A DNA stretch of 64,000 nt from Luteibaculaceae bacterium (lineage in GTDB: Bacteria; Bacteroidota; Bacteroidia; Flavobacteriales_D; Luteibaculaceae): positions 34,332 to 98,331 of the forward strand of contig DASUEB010000025.1 of assembly GCA_036275295.1 (NCBI GenBank), given 5' to 3'. Shown one piece after another: positions 56,260 to 64,000 of this stretch. Made by a program: the position numbers and the translations under genes. The notes under the pieces are model-generated. The model had not been told where the DNA came from. It was given only the letters and a program-made list of their open reading frames with translations, and searched no databases. How positions within the stretch are numbered: the first letter of the stretch is position 1; the number at the start of each line of letters is the position of its first letter.

Positions 56260-57126
56260 ATGATGACCGAATTCCGACAGTTGATTTCGACCTATTTAGA
56301 GCATCGCACCTGCTGGATGGCAACCCAGCACGGGAAGGGCGAAACCCTGGCGCCTTTGTTCAGAGAATTGGGAATAGACCTTCAGACTCCTGCAGCACTT
56401 AACACCGACGCATTGGGTACATTTACGGGTGAAATTGAACGGAAGGGAAGTCCTCGTGAGGTGGCGCGTCAAAAATGCACGTTAGCCCTTGAGCTATACG
56501 GCGGCGACATGGCCGTAGCCAGCGAAGGAAGCTTTGGCAGTCACCCCGAGGTAGCATTCATACCCCAGCACCACGAACTGCTTTTCATCGTAGACCGTCG
56601 ATTCGAGTGGGAGGCCGAAGTGAGCCTCAGCACGTCTGATACCAATTACGCCGCCGCGGAGGTACAAAACACCACCGAACTCACCGAATTCTTGACACGC
56701 GTTAAATTTCCTTCCCATGCCGTCATACTGAGCCCTTCCCCTACCCAGCTAGGCGAAATAATTAAAGGAATCACCAGGACACAGCAAGTACTTCAAAAGG
56801 CCGAGGAGTGGCTCGAGATGTATGGAAGTTGTTATGTTCAGACCGATATGCGCGCTCATTTCAATCCCACCCGAATGCGACACATTGAGCGGGTAGGTCG
56901 AGCGCTGATCTCAAAAATCACGCGGTTCTGTCCGTCGTGTTCCAAACCCGGTTTTGGAGCAGAGAGCTGGGAGGCAGGTCTTCCGTGTGAAGCCTGTCGA
57001 TTTCCCACCCGGTCGCCGCTGGCTAAGCAATTGACCTGTTTGTCGTGCGGGTTCGAAGAGCGCCTGCCCTATCCTTACGGCAAGCGTTTTGAAGACGCCG
57101 CTTATTGTCCACTATGTAATCCCTGA
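56260..57126 (+). CDS. uncharacterised protein with C-terminal double zinc-ribbon (4 x CxxC)
   Basis: CPSC...CEAC...CLSC...CPLC in the last 70 aa; no catalytic motif recognised in the N-terminal 200 aa. Confidence 0.6.
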   Translation: MMTEFRQLISTYLEHRTCWMATQHGKGETLAPLFRELGIDLQTPAALNTDALGTFTGEIERKGSPREVARQKCTLALELYGGDMAVASEGSFGSHPEVAFIPQHHELLFIVDRRFEWEAEVSLSTSDTNYAAAEVQNTTELTEFLTRVKFPSHAVILSPSPTQLGEIIKGITRTQQVLQKAEEWLEMYGSCYVQTDMRAHFNPTRMRHIERVGRALISKITRFCPSCSKPGFGAESWEAGLPCEACRFPTRSPLAKQLTCLSCGFEERLPYPYGKRFEDAAYCPLCNP

Positions 57127-57133
57127 TAAACCC

Positions 57134-58102
57134 ATGAATATTGGAAACGACGTAAACCGCGCTGCTTTTCTCCTCCAGCAAGGCCGAATGGTAGCCATCC
57201 CCACTGAGACCGTCTATGGTTTAGCGGCCAATGTCTTTGACGACCTTGCCATTCAAGCGGTATTTGAGCGGAAAGGCCGACCACTTGATCACCCGCTCAT
57301 TGTTCACATCGGACGATGGCAAGATGTGCAAAAGGTTACCGATCAGATGCCTGAACAACTGGCACGCCTAGCCGACTGGTTTTGGCCTGGACCATTGACC
57401 CTGGTGGTACCTACATCACCCCGATTTAAAAGCTTGTGTACGGCACAACAAGACACGGTGGCTCTCCGCATGCCCAATCACCCCACTACTTTGTCGCTGC
57501 TTCAAGCCCTGCCCTTCCCGCTTGCAGCACCCAGCGCCAACCCGTACACGCGGGTGAGTCCTACACAAGCTGACCACGTTAGCCATTACTTTCCGGATCT
57601 GCCGTACATTTTAGACGGTGGCCCGTGCACACATGGATTGGAATCGACCATTGTGGGTTTGGTTGATCATCGCGTAACGGTATTGCGACCCGGAGCCTTG
57701 TCGTTGGAAGAAATCCAGAAGATTGAGCCGGAAGCGGTTCTTCACGAAGGTATTGCCAACCGCGCCATTCCCGGGAATCGCACGCTGCATTACGCTCCGC
57801 GAACACCCACAACCGCCTTCGATCACTGGGATGAACTCCCGCAGTGGGCAGAAACCGAACGAATAGGCATCATCGCAGCCAGTACTCCCAAAACGCCGGG
57901 GGCATTTCCTCATCTGTGGCACTTGACCCCGGTTGGCGATTTGCAAGCGGCGGGAAGAAACCTGTATAGACAGTGGATTGAGGCCGATCAGCTCCAACTG
58001 GATCACCTATTTATTCAACGGCCGCCGCGAGTTGGAATGGGTATCGCCATTAACGACCGCATTGATAAGGCTTGTGGCCAGCGAACTGAGCAAGGGCATT
58101 AG
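57134..58102 (+). CDS. tsaC: L-threonylcarbamoyladenylate synthase (Sua5/YrdC type)
   Basis: VAIPTETVYGLAAN, SAN(P)... motifs plus a Sua5 C-terminal domain. Start at ATG 57134. Confidence 0.9.
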   Translation: MNIGNDVNRAAFLLQQGRMVAIPTETVYGLAANVFDDLAIQAVFERKGRPLDHPLIVHIGRWQDVQKVTDQMPEQLARLADWFWPGPLTLVVPTSPRFKSLCTAQQDTVALRMPNHPTTLSLLQALPFPLAAPSANPYTRVSPTQADHVSHYFPDLPYILDGGPCTHGLESTIVGLVDHRVTVLRPGALSLEEIQKIEPEAVLHEGIANRAIPGNRTLHYAPRTPTTAFDHWDELPQWAETERIGIIAASTPKTPGAFPHLWHLTPVGDLQAAGRNLYRQWIEADQLQLDHLFIQRPPRVGMGIAINDRIDKACGQRTEQGH

Positions 58103-58188
58103 GAAAGGAGTTTGTTAGTTGGTGTATCACAGAACCCACAGCTGACGGGGATGTACATACCACCCGTGCGATGCGGAAAAGGTCCATT

Positions 58189-59037
58189 TTAAACGGCCAA
58201 ATCAGGCAATGTCTGACCTTGCAGTGCCGTTTCTCGGGGAGGTAAAATTTCGCAATTGTCCCAAATGCCCGTTTCTAGGGTTAGGGCATACGATGTGGGA
58301 AGCAGCTGAGTATCGCGGATCGCCTTAGCGGCCGCGGCGTGATCATATATCAGCGGAACATGCTCAAAAGTGAGCTCGCCGCCCGACTGCTGAATTGTTC
58401 CGTACCAAACCTCCCTGCCGCCATTGTTAGCAGGCATGCCTATTACGCCGGGGTTAAACCAATGTTTGCCCTGCTGGGTTTGATAAAAAGGCAGTCCACA
58501 ATGACCCGCAATGATGAGATCTACACCCAGCTGGTCGAAAATCTCTGCCTTCGTCTGCCACGGGGTTGAGTAAAAAATGAACTGCGATTGGTTTTCAAGT
58601 CCCCCGTGAATAACGGCTCCTCGAACCGAACCCCAGGTAAATTTGGCCACCGCTGGCAATTCGCGCATCCATTGCAAAGAGGCCGAACTGAGTTTGGTCT
58701 GTGCATAGGGATACCACAGCTGACTGAAATTATCACATCGAGAACCGCTGGTGAAATTGCAGCCGCAAGAGTCGCTTCCATCGGCCAACTGCTGTTCTAC
58801 ATTACCCGCAATACTCAGGCATGATACCTGTTGTATGTGCTGCACCACTTCTTCGGGAAAGGCGCAATAACCAACGGCATCACCGGTGTTAATCCATGTG
58901 CTGTTGGCGGCATCGGCAGCCGCTAAAAATGCCGTAAGAGCGTGTAAATTGCTGTAGGCACCCCCAAAACAAACCAAGGGTTTGTCGGGATCTAAAGTCC
59001 AATAAGGCGTGTTTGCCAGGGTATCTGCGGTCATCAT
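58189..59037 (-). CDS. metallophosphoesterase-like protein with degenerate metal-binding motifs and a Cys cluster
   Basis: GDAVGYCAFPEEVV (motif II), IAGNVE (motif III with His replaced by Val), VIHGG, IAGHCG (motif V missing the second His). The N-terminal DxH position reads GGAYSN. Insert DSCGCNFTSGSRC. Confidence 0.6.
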   Translation of the reverse strand: MMTADTLANTPYWTLDPDKPLVCFGGAYSNLHALTAFLAAADAANSTWINTGDAVGYCAFPEEVVQHIQQVSCLSIAGNVEQQLADGSDSCGCNFTSGSRCDNFSQLWYPYAQTKLSSASLQWMRELPAVAKFTWGSVRGAVIHGGLENQSQFIFYSTPWQTKAEIFDQLGVDLIIAGHCGLPFYQTQQGKHWFNPGVIGMPANNGGREVWYGTIQQSGGELTFEHVPLIYDHAAAAKAIRDTQLLPTSYALTLETGIWDNCEILPPRETALQGQTLPDLAV

Positions 59038-60404
59038 GGTTCAGTAACGGAATTTACGGTCGATTCGTTCTCTGTGTCCAAGTGGGCAAAATAAACCAAA
59101 AAGCAGGTCACTGTCGATATCAGATTGAAGGTCAACAGGTCTCCGTATTCACCATCAAAAAGAATCCACTCGGCAGGAAACCACTTAAACGTGTGGGCCA
59201 ATCCAAAGAAAAGGCCGGTTCCAACCGTGGCTAAAAATGCCGAACGCTTTACCTTCATTCGCCACAGCAAAAAGATAGGAGCAAGTCCCAGAACCATGGT
59301 ACCGCTTATGGTTGTGGCGTCTAAAATAGCCGGATTGAGGAAGATAGGCACCGTTCCTAACAGCGTGGCCCCTATCATAGCCAATTGACCTTGTTTAATG
59401 CCCCGATTTTTGATCCATCCCAAATCAAATACAATCAATTTGGAGAAAGAAGAGAACGTCGAATCGAGTGTTGACCCCGCCGAGGTAAGCATGATGAGGT
59501 TAAAAATGAGGGTAAGCCCAAATCCGAGCGATTTACCTACCTCCCGGGTGGCATCGCCCACCAAACCTTGACTTTGTGCATAAATCCCCACCACCGAAAA
59601 CAGCAAAATGCACAAAAAACCCACTACGGCTGCCCACGAGTAGCTAACCAGCGTGTGTTTCGGGGTGCTAATGAAACCTCTATCGGTTAATACCGGATCG
59701 TGGAAGGGATAACTCAGTATCTGAATCAATACTACAAAAAGGAGGTTCCAACCCGACGAATCGCGTTGCACCACGGGATGCACAATGCGATCAACGGTTC
59801 CTTGGTCTTGGAGCAAAAACCCTAAAATAGTAAAAAGTAACAAACCAAACAAGAGAAATTGAATGGAGTCGGTGATGAGCGAGCTGCGCAGGCCGCCTTT
59901 GAGTGAATACAACAGCGTAAGACCTGTAAAAACGGCAATCGACAGGTAATACGATCCCGAACCGGGAGCACCGAAGTATTGACCAATGATCATGGTATTG
60001 CTCCACACTTCGTTGAACAGGCGAAAAGCGATGAGCAATGAGAATAGTTGAACGGATGTTCTGCCGAATTTACTTCGCAAGAATTCGTGAATACTGGCGA
60101 AATGACCACGGGTTCGCAAGTCGTAAATAACCAATCCGGCAATCAGAAAAGAGAGGTAGTACAGCGCGTAGGTAAAGCCGCCTAACAAACCAAATTTAAG
60201 CCCCAAATTAGCTGCATTGGTTATCGACTTAGCCATAATCCAGCCAATGACCAAGCTAGAAGTCACTAGCCACGGCCCTGGAGCCTCGCCCTTGTGATTG
60301 TTGGCCCGAAAAAATACCGATGCCGCGCGAGCCCTGGGTGCTGCAATGAGAAGCGAAGATGAAAAACAAACGAGCAGGATCCACTGCCAAATCTCAAGAC
60401 TCAT
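59034..60404 (-). CDS. sodium:solute symporter-like permease
   Basis: 456 aa, about 12-13 TM helices, SSS-like N-terminal region. 4-nt overlap with the downstream gene. Confidence 0.65.
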   Translation of the reverse strand: MSLEIWQWILLVCFSSSLLIAAPRARAASVFFRANNHKGEAPGPWLVTSSLVIGWIMAKSITNAANLGLKFGLLGGFTYALYYLSFLIAGLVIYDLRTRGHFASIHEFLRSKFGRTSVQLFSLLIAFRLFNEVWSNTMIIGQYFGAPGSGSYYLSIAVFTGLTLLYSLKGGLRSSLITDSIQFLLFGLLLFTILGFLLQDQGTVDRIVHPVVQRDSSGWNLLFVVLIQILSYPFHDPVLTDRGFISTPKHTLVSYSWAAVVGFLCILLFSVVGIYAQSQGLVGDATREVGKSLGFGLTLIFNLIMLTSAGSTLDSTFSSFSKLIVFDLGWIKNRGIKQGQLAMIGATLLGTVPIFLNPAILDATTISGTMVLGLAPIFLLWRMKVKRSAFLATVGTGLFFGLAHTFKWFPAEWILFDGEYGDLLTFNLISTVTCFLVYFAHLDTENESTVNSVTEP

Positions 60405-60422
60405 AAAGGCGTGTGTTGGAGG

Positions 60423-60463
60423 TTAAAAACAAGGCCGCAAACCCTAAAACCAGGGTCTGCGGC
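60423..60463 (-). terminator. terminator or attenuator hairpin after the SusD-like gene
   Basis: Arms GGCCGCAAACCCT / AGGGTCTGCGGC (12 bp, one mismatch), followed on the minus strand by CTTGTTTTTAAC. Confidence 0.6.
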
Positions 60464-60484
60464 TTGATTTCTGTCGAGGTAAAA

Positions 60485-61939
60485 TTAGTTATTATCCCAC
60501 CAAACCCGGCTGTTCACACTGTTGCCGTTGGTGTTGGCCGATGCTTGATTAAAATTAGTGGCGTTGAGCGCCTCCTCATCGGTAGGATACGGCATGCGCA
60601 CCGGAACTACACCGTTGTTTAAGGAGCCCGCAGCCGGCTTGATAAAACGCGGGAATCCAGTCCGACGCCATTCAATCCACCCCTCATACCCATTGGTAAT
60701 GCTGGCTATCCATTTTTGGGTAATAATTTGCTCCAGTGGATCGATGTTTCCAAACGCCGCATTGCCTTGACTCAGGTAGTTGGCAGGCATGGCGGTTTGC
60801 CAGTAGGCGAAAGCTTGCTGCACCGCGTCGTCGTAGTAGGTCTTCGCCGATCCCGAAACCAGCCCCTTCTGAGCCGCTTCTGCCAATAAAAACAGGGTTT
60901 CCCAACCCGTCATGAAATTAGCCGACATACGCGAGGTTTGCTCTCTAAACAGGGTTCCGGTTAACGAGTAGTTGGCCAGTGAAATAGAGGTTTGAGCTGA
61001 GTTGATGCCATTGTCAAGACCTCTATAAACCGAGGGATCACCGGAGGTTGGGCGAAAGAACGTGTTCAATCGCGTATCGCCATAGATCTCGGCAATGGTG
61101 TCGAAGGTAGTTGACAATACATACAAGTTAAAATCTCCCGAGCGCAAAGTCGCCATGCGGAAATTGTTTGGTGCACCGTCGGTAAACGAAAAACGCGCAT
61201 TCTGGGAAGCCGTTTTGATAAACTCGCCCGTATTCACAATGGTCTGCAGCTGTGCGCCCACGTTTTGGCGATCAGAAATGCGCATTAACGCCTTGATGCG
61301 AAGCGAGTTTGCCAAGGCGATCCAGTTGGTCAAGTTGCCGTTGTACAGAATATCGCCCTGTAAGGTGGCCGCGCCTTGATACGCCTTCATCTCAGCAACG
61401 GCTCTCTCTAACGTGGCCAAAATACCATCGGGACCCAGGTAGATTTCTTGCTGATTGTCGTATTTCGGAGCAATAATACCCTCCTTGGCTCTCGCTGCCT
61501 CTGAATAGGGCACATCCCCGTAAATATCGGTAATCATCATCGAAATATAGGCTTTAAGCACTAGCGATGGGCCGCGATAAACGGTGTTAGGCTCTACATC
61601 CGCCAGCTGAATCAGGGTCTGATTGTCGCGTAAGTTGCGATACAGGACCGGCCACGGGTTGCCTCCCAATTGAGGCTGACGCAGATTATGTCGATCAAAC
61701 AAGTTAAAATCGACCATCGAGAAGTATTGACCCAATAAATTGCCGGCCACAAAACCCTCATACGACATCTGCTCGCCCATGTCGTAGATTACCTGCCGCA
61801 ACAGAAGCTGGGGCTGAACCTCAACAGGGGCGTTGGGATTGGTGTTTATTTCTTCGAAATCTTTGGTACACCCAGGTTGAAAAGCGATGGCAAAGGCCAA
61901 AACGACCAGGGTAAGAACATTTTTATATGCTATTTTCAT
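60485..61939 (-). CDS. SusD/RagB-family nutrient-binding outer-membrane lipoprotein
   Basis: Lipobox FQPGC, position directly downstream of the SusC-like gene, TPR-like helical sequence. Confidence 0.85.
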   Translation of the reverse strand: MKIAYKNVLTLVVLAFAIAFQPGCTKDFEEINTNPNAPVEVQPQLLLRQVIYDMGEQMSYEGFVAGNLLGQYFSMVDFNLFDRHNLRQPQLGGNPWPVLYRNLRDNQTLIQLADVEPNTVYRGPSLVLKAYISMMITDIYGDVPYSEAARAKEGIIAPKYDNQQEIYLGPDGILATLERAVAEMKAYQGAATLQGDILYNGNLTNWIALANSLRIKALMRISDRQNVGAQLQTIVNTGEFIKTASQNARFSFTDGAPNNFRMATLRSGDFNLYVLSTTFDTIAEIYGDTRLNTFFRPTSGDPSVYRGLDNGINSAQTSISLANYSLTGTLFREQTSRMSANFMTGWETLFLLAEAAQKGLVSGSAKTYYDDAVQQAFAYWQTAMPANYLSQGNAAFGNIDPLEQIITQKWIASITNGYEGWIEWRRTGFPRFIKPAAGSLNNGVVPVRMPYPTDEEALNATNFNQASANTNGNSVNSRVWWDNN

Positions 61940-61985
61940 GATCAATGTGCGTGAAGTTTTACGATATCCGATTTTTGAAGTTCCA

Positions 61986-64000
61986 TTAGAAGTCATAACC
62001 AATTTTGAAACCAATCATGCGAGCGGTTGGGTACGACATATCTTCTACCCCACTCAAGAATCGCTGACCCTGAACGGCTGTTTGCTCTGGATCGAAATGA
62101 GGTGTATTGCTAATGGCCGCTACGTTTCGCGCAATGATCGAAACCTTCATTGACTGTCCGTTGCGGAACAACAAAGACTTGCTGTTTGGACGGTTGATGG
62201 TGTATCCCAGTGAAATTTCTCTCAACTTCACGTAAGATGCATTGTAAGTGTTGTTTTCCTCGTGGTTTCTGTCGTAGAACTGACGGTAGTAGCTCTCGGC
62301 TGAGATGGGTTTGGTATTCTGTTCGTAAACGGGTTCGGCATCCGTACCTACGTTAACCACACCGTCTACAATAATCCCCTCGTCAGGTCTGTTTTCGGTC
62401 TCGCGCAACTGACCCCCCACGGCGGCCAAAGCTAGGGTTCGAGACACCAAAATACCGCCCTGACGCCAATCGATCAAGAAATTCAGATTGAAATTTTTGT
62501 AGGTAAAGTTGTTGCTCATCCCTACAATGAAATCGGGGTTGTAATTGCCCAGTTTTTTCAAGTTGTTGTCGGCAATGAGGTTACCGTCCTTGTTGACAAT
62601 AAACTTACCGTCTTCGGTTTTGCGATAACCCGTACCGTAGATATCGCCAATTCGACCTCCTTCTTCTACCTGAATCCACACGGTTTGGTTCACGTTGTCG
62701 TACACGCGGTTGTAATCAATGGTCAGTTTGCTTACTCCCTCGGGGAGCTCCAGTACGCGTGCCACATTTCGACTAAAATTCAGCGACGTATTCCACTCGA
62801 AGCGGTTGGTGCGAATGTTGCGTGTTTCCAGCAAGATTTCCACCCCGGTTGATCGAACCTTGCCTCCATTCACCACTTGTTGACTAAACCCGCTGGATGC
62901 TGCGATAGGCAATGAGATGATTTGATTAGCTGTCAACGCGTTGTAATAAGTCGCATCCAAGCGCAAAGCCCCTTCAAAGAATCTCACGTCGGCACCCACT
63001 TCAAATGCTGTGGTTTTCTCCGGTTGCAAGTTGGCATTGGCCACCATGCCTTGCTCACTAAATGTAGGCTGACCGCCATAGGGTGTGCGCGCGTTGAAAA
63101 CTCCTGCCGTCTGGTACGGATCGGTGTCGTTGCCCACTTGAGCTATATTGGCTCGCACTTTGGCAAACGAGAGGTAGGACGGCATTTCAAGCACGTTGCT
63201 TAGAATCACCGCAGTCGATAGTGAGGGATAAAAGAAAGAGCTGTTTTTGGCCGAAATGGGACTCGCCAAGGCGCTGCTCCAGTCGTTGCGGGCCGTTAAC
63301 TCGGCATAAGCAAAGTTTTTATACGCTGCTTTTACAATACCATAGGTGCTGTTGATGCGTTTTTCGGCAAATCGCTGATTCACCTCCAGCGGAGTTGCTG
63401 CGTTGGTGAGGTTGAAAACTCCCGGCTGAGCTAGCCTGTTGGCAAACAATTGGTTGTTTAATGCCGTTTGATCCAAACGGTTGGCCCCCAACAAATAGGT
63501 GAGATCAAAATCGCCTATTTTGTGGTTGTAGTCTACCAACACATCGGTATTGATCTCTCTGAAGAAAACCGTTTGCTCACCATACGCCCCGTTCACAAAG
63601 CGGTTGCTGCTAAATGCGCGGCGAAACTGCCTCAACTCGTTGCTGTAATCCATTCCGCTTCGCACTTTGATATTCATATTCGGACGAATGGCATAGCTGG
63701 CGTACACATTTCCGAACACCCGATCGCGATTGAAGGAGTTTCGGTTCTCCAAAAGCGTGAAATACGGGTTGTCGAAAAATGTATAGTTAAACGAATACTG
63801 TCGAATCCCCTCAAAACCCGGCTGCCAGTAGTCGCTCAGTTCGCGGATATTCATATTCCTAGGTCCCCAGGCTACGAGGGCATAATTGATGTTTTCTGAT
63901 CCGTATCCGTTGGCGGGTCTGTTGTCGCTACCCGAGTTCACGTAATTGATCACGGTACCTAGCTCGAGTTTTTCGATGGGATTAAAGGTCAATCTCCCTG
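61986..64000 (-). CDS. SusC-family TonB-dependent receptor (5' end beyond the window)
   Basis: Beta-barrel repeat pattern and C-terminal ...MIGFKIGYDF. The ORF is open to the window edge. Confidence 0.9.
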   Translation of the reverse strand, partial: GRLTFNPIEKLELGTVINYVNSGSDNRPANGYGSENINYALVAWGPRNMNIRELSDYWQPGFEGIRQYSFNYTFFDNPYFTLLENRNSFNRDRVFGNVYASYAIRPNMNIKVRSGMDYSNELRQFRRAFSSNRFVNGAYGEQTVFFREINTDVLVDYNHKIGDFDLTYLLGANRLDQTALNNQLFANRLAQPGVFNLTNAATPLEVNQRFAEKRINSTYGIVKAAYKNFAYAELTARNDWSSALASPISAKNSSFFYPSLSTAVILSNVLEMPSYLSFAKVRANIAQVGNDTDPYQTAGVFNARTPYGGQPTFSEQGMVANANLQPEKTTAFEVGADVRFFEGALRLDATYYNALTANQIISLPIAASSGFSQQVVNGGKVRSTGVEILLETRNIRTNRFEWNTSLNFSRNVARVLELPEGVSKLTIDYNRVYDNVNQTVWIQVEEGGRIGDIYGTGYRKTEDGKFIVNKDGNLIADNNLKKLGNYNPDFIVGMSNNFTYKNFNLNFLIDWRQGGILVSRTLALAAVGGQLRETENRPDEGIIVDGVVNVGTDAEPVYEQNTKPISAESYYRQFYDRNHEENNTYNASYVKLREISLGYTINRPNSKSLLFRNGQSMKVSIIARNVAAISNTPHFDPEQTAVQGQRFLSGVEDMSYPTARMIGFKIGYDF

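Noticed and set aside
55879-56323. ORFs 55879-56250 and 56138-56323 overlapping the LysR N-terminus and the divergent spacer
   Set aside because: They overlap a confident wHTH-coding region in another frame and run through the AT-rich promoter spacer. There is no independent support.

Overview
The window reads as a chromosomal segment of a Bacteroidota genome. The evidence is T9SS type-A and type-B C-terminal sorting domains, a SusC/SusD pair, and many exact TAnnTTTG -7 promoter boxes. I call 69 protein genes (two truncated by the window edges) and one tRNA-Ser(GGA). Most are housekeeping genes: polA, purQ, yicC-gmk-nadD, icd, ansA, kdsB, dprA, yceD-rpmF, fabH-accB-accC, pdxA, pepA, ribE, metF, rsmI, lepA and tsaC. 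I found no rRNA, CRISPR array, transposase, integrase or recognisable defence or toxin genes.

The structure not explained by genes is mostly non-coding:
- Three arrays of strictly 7-nt-phased tandem repeats surround a type-B T9SS adhesin-ribE pair. CAC-core heptamers plus TAYTAAC lie at 42168-42303, a telomere-like GGGTTGA/GGGTTTA array at 45529-45654, and CAC heptamers at 45741-45803. The G-rich array meets the canonical G-quadruplex rule.
- About 2.3 tandem copies of a structured 185-230 bp element sit directly 3' of tRNA-Ser, next to an AT-richer orphan gene.
- Several promoters sit so close to their start codons that the mRNAs should be leaderless.

Gene-level oddities:
- A symporter is coupled to a metallophosphoesterase-like protein that, by eye, has lost several metal ligands and gained a Cys cluster; the pair lies downstream of susC/susD.
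- An OMP-DUF898-M48 protease trio.
- An SbtA-like permease is paired with a small coiled-coil protein rather than a PII-like partner.
- A desaturase and cold-shock gene cluster.

All family assignments come from motif recognition by eye, with no searches run. I cannot say from this window that any of these is a new system. The heptamer arrays and the tRNA-proximal repeats are the best candidates for follow-up.
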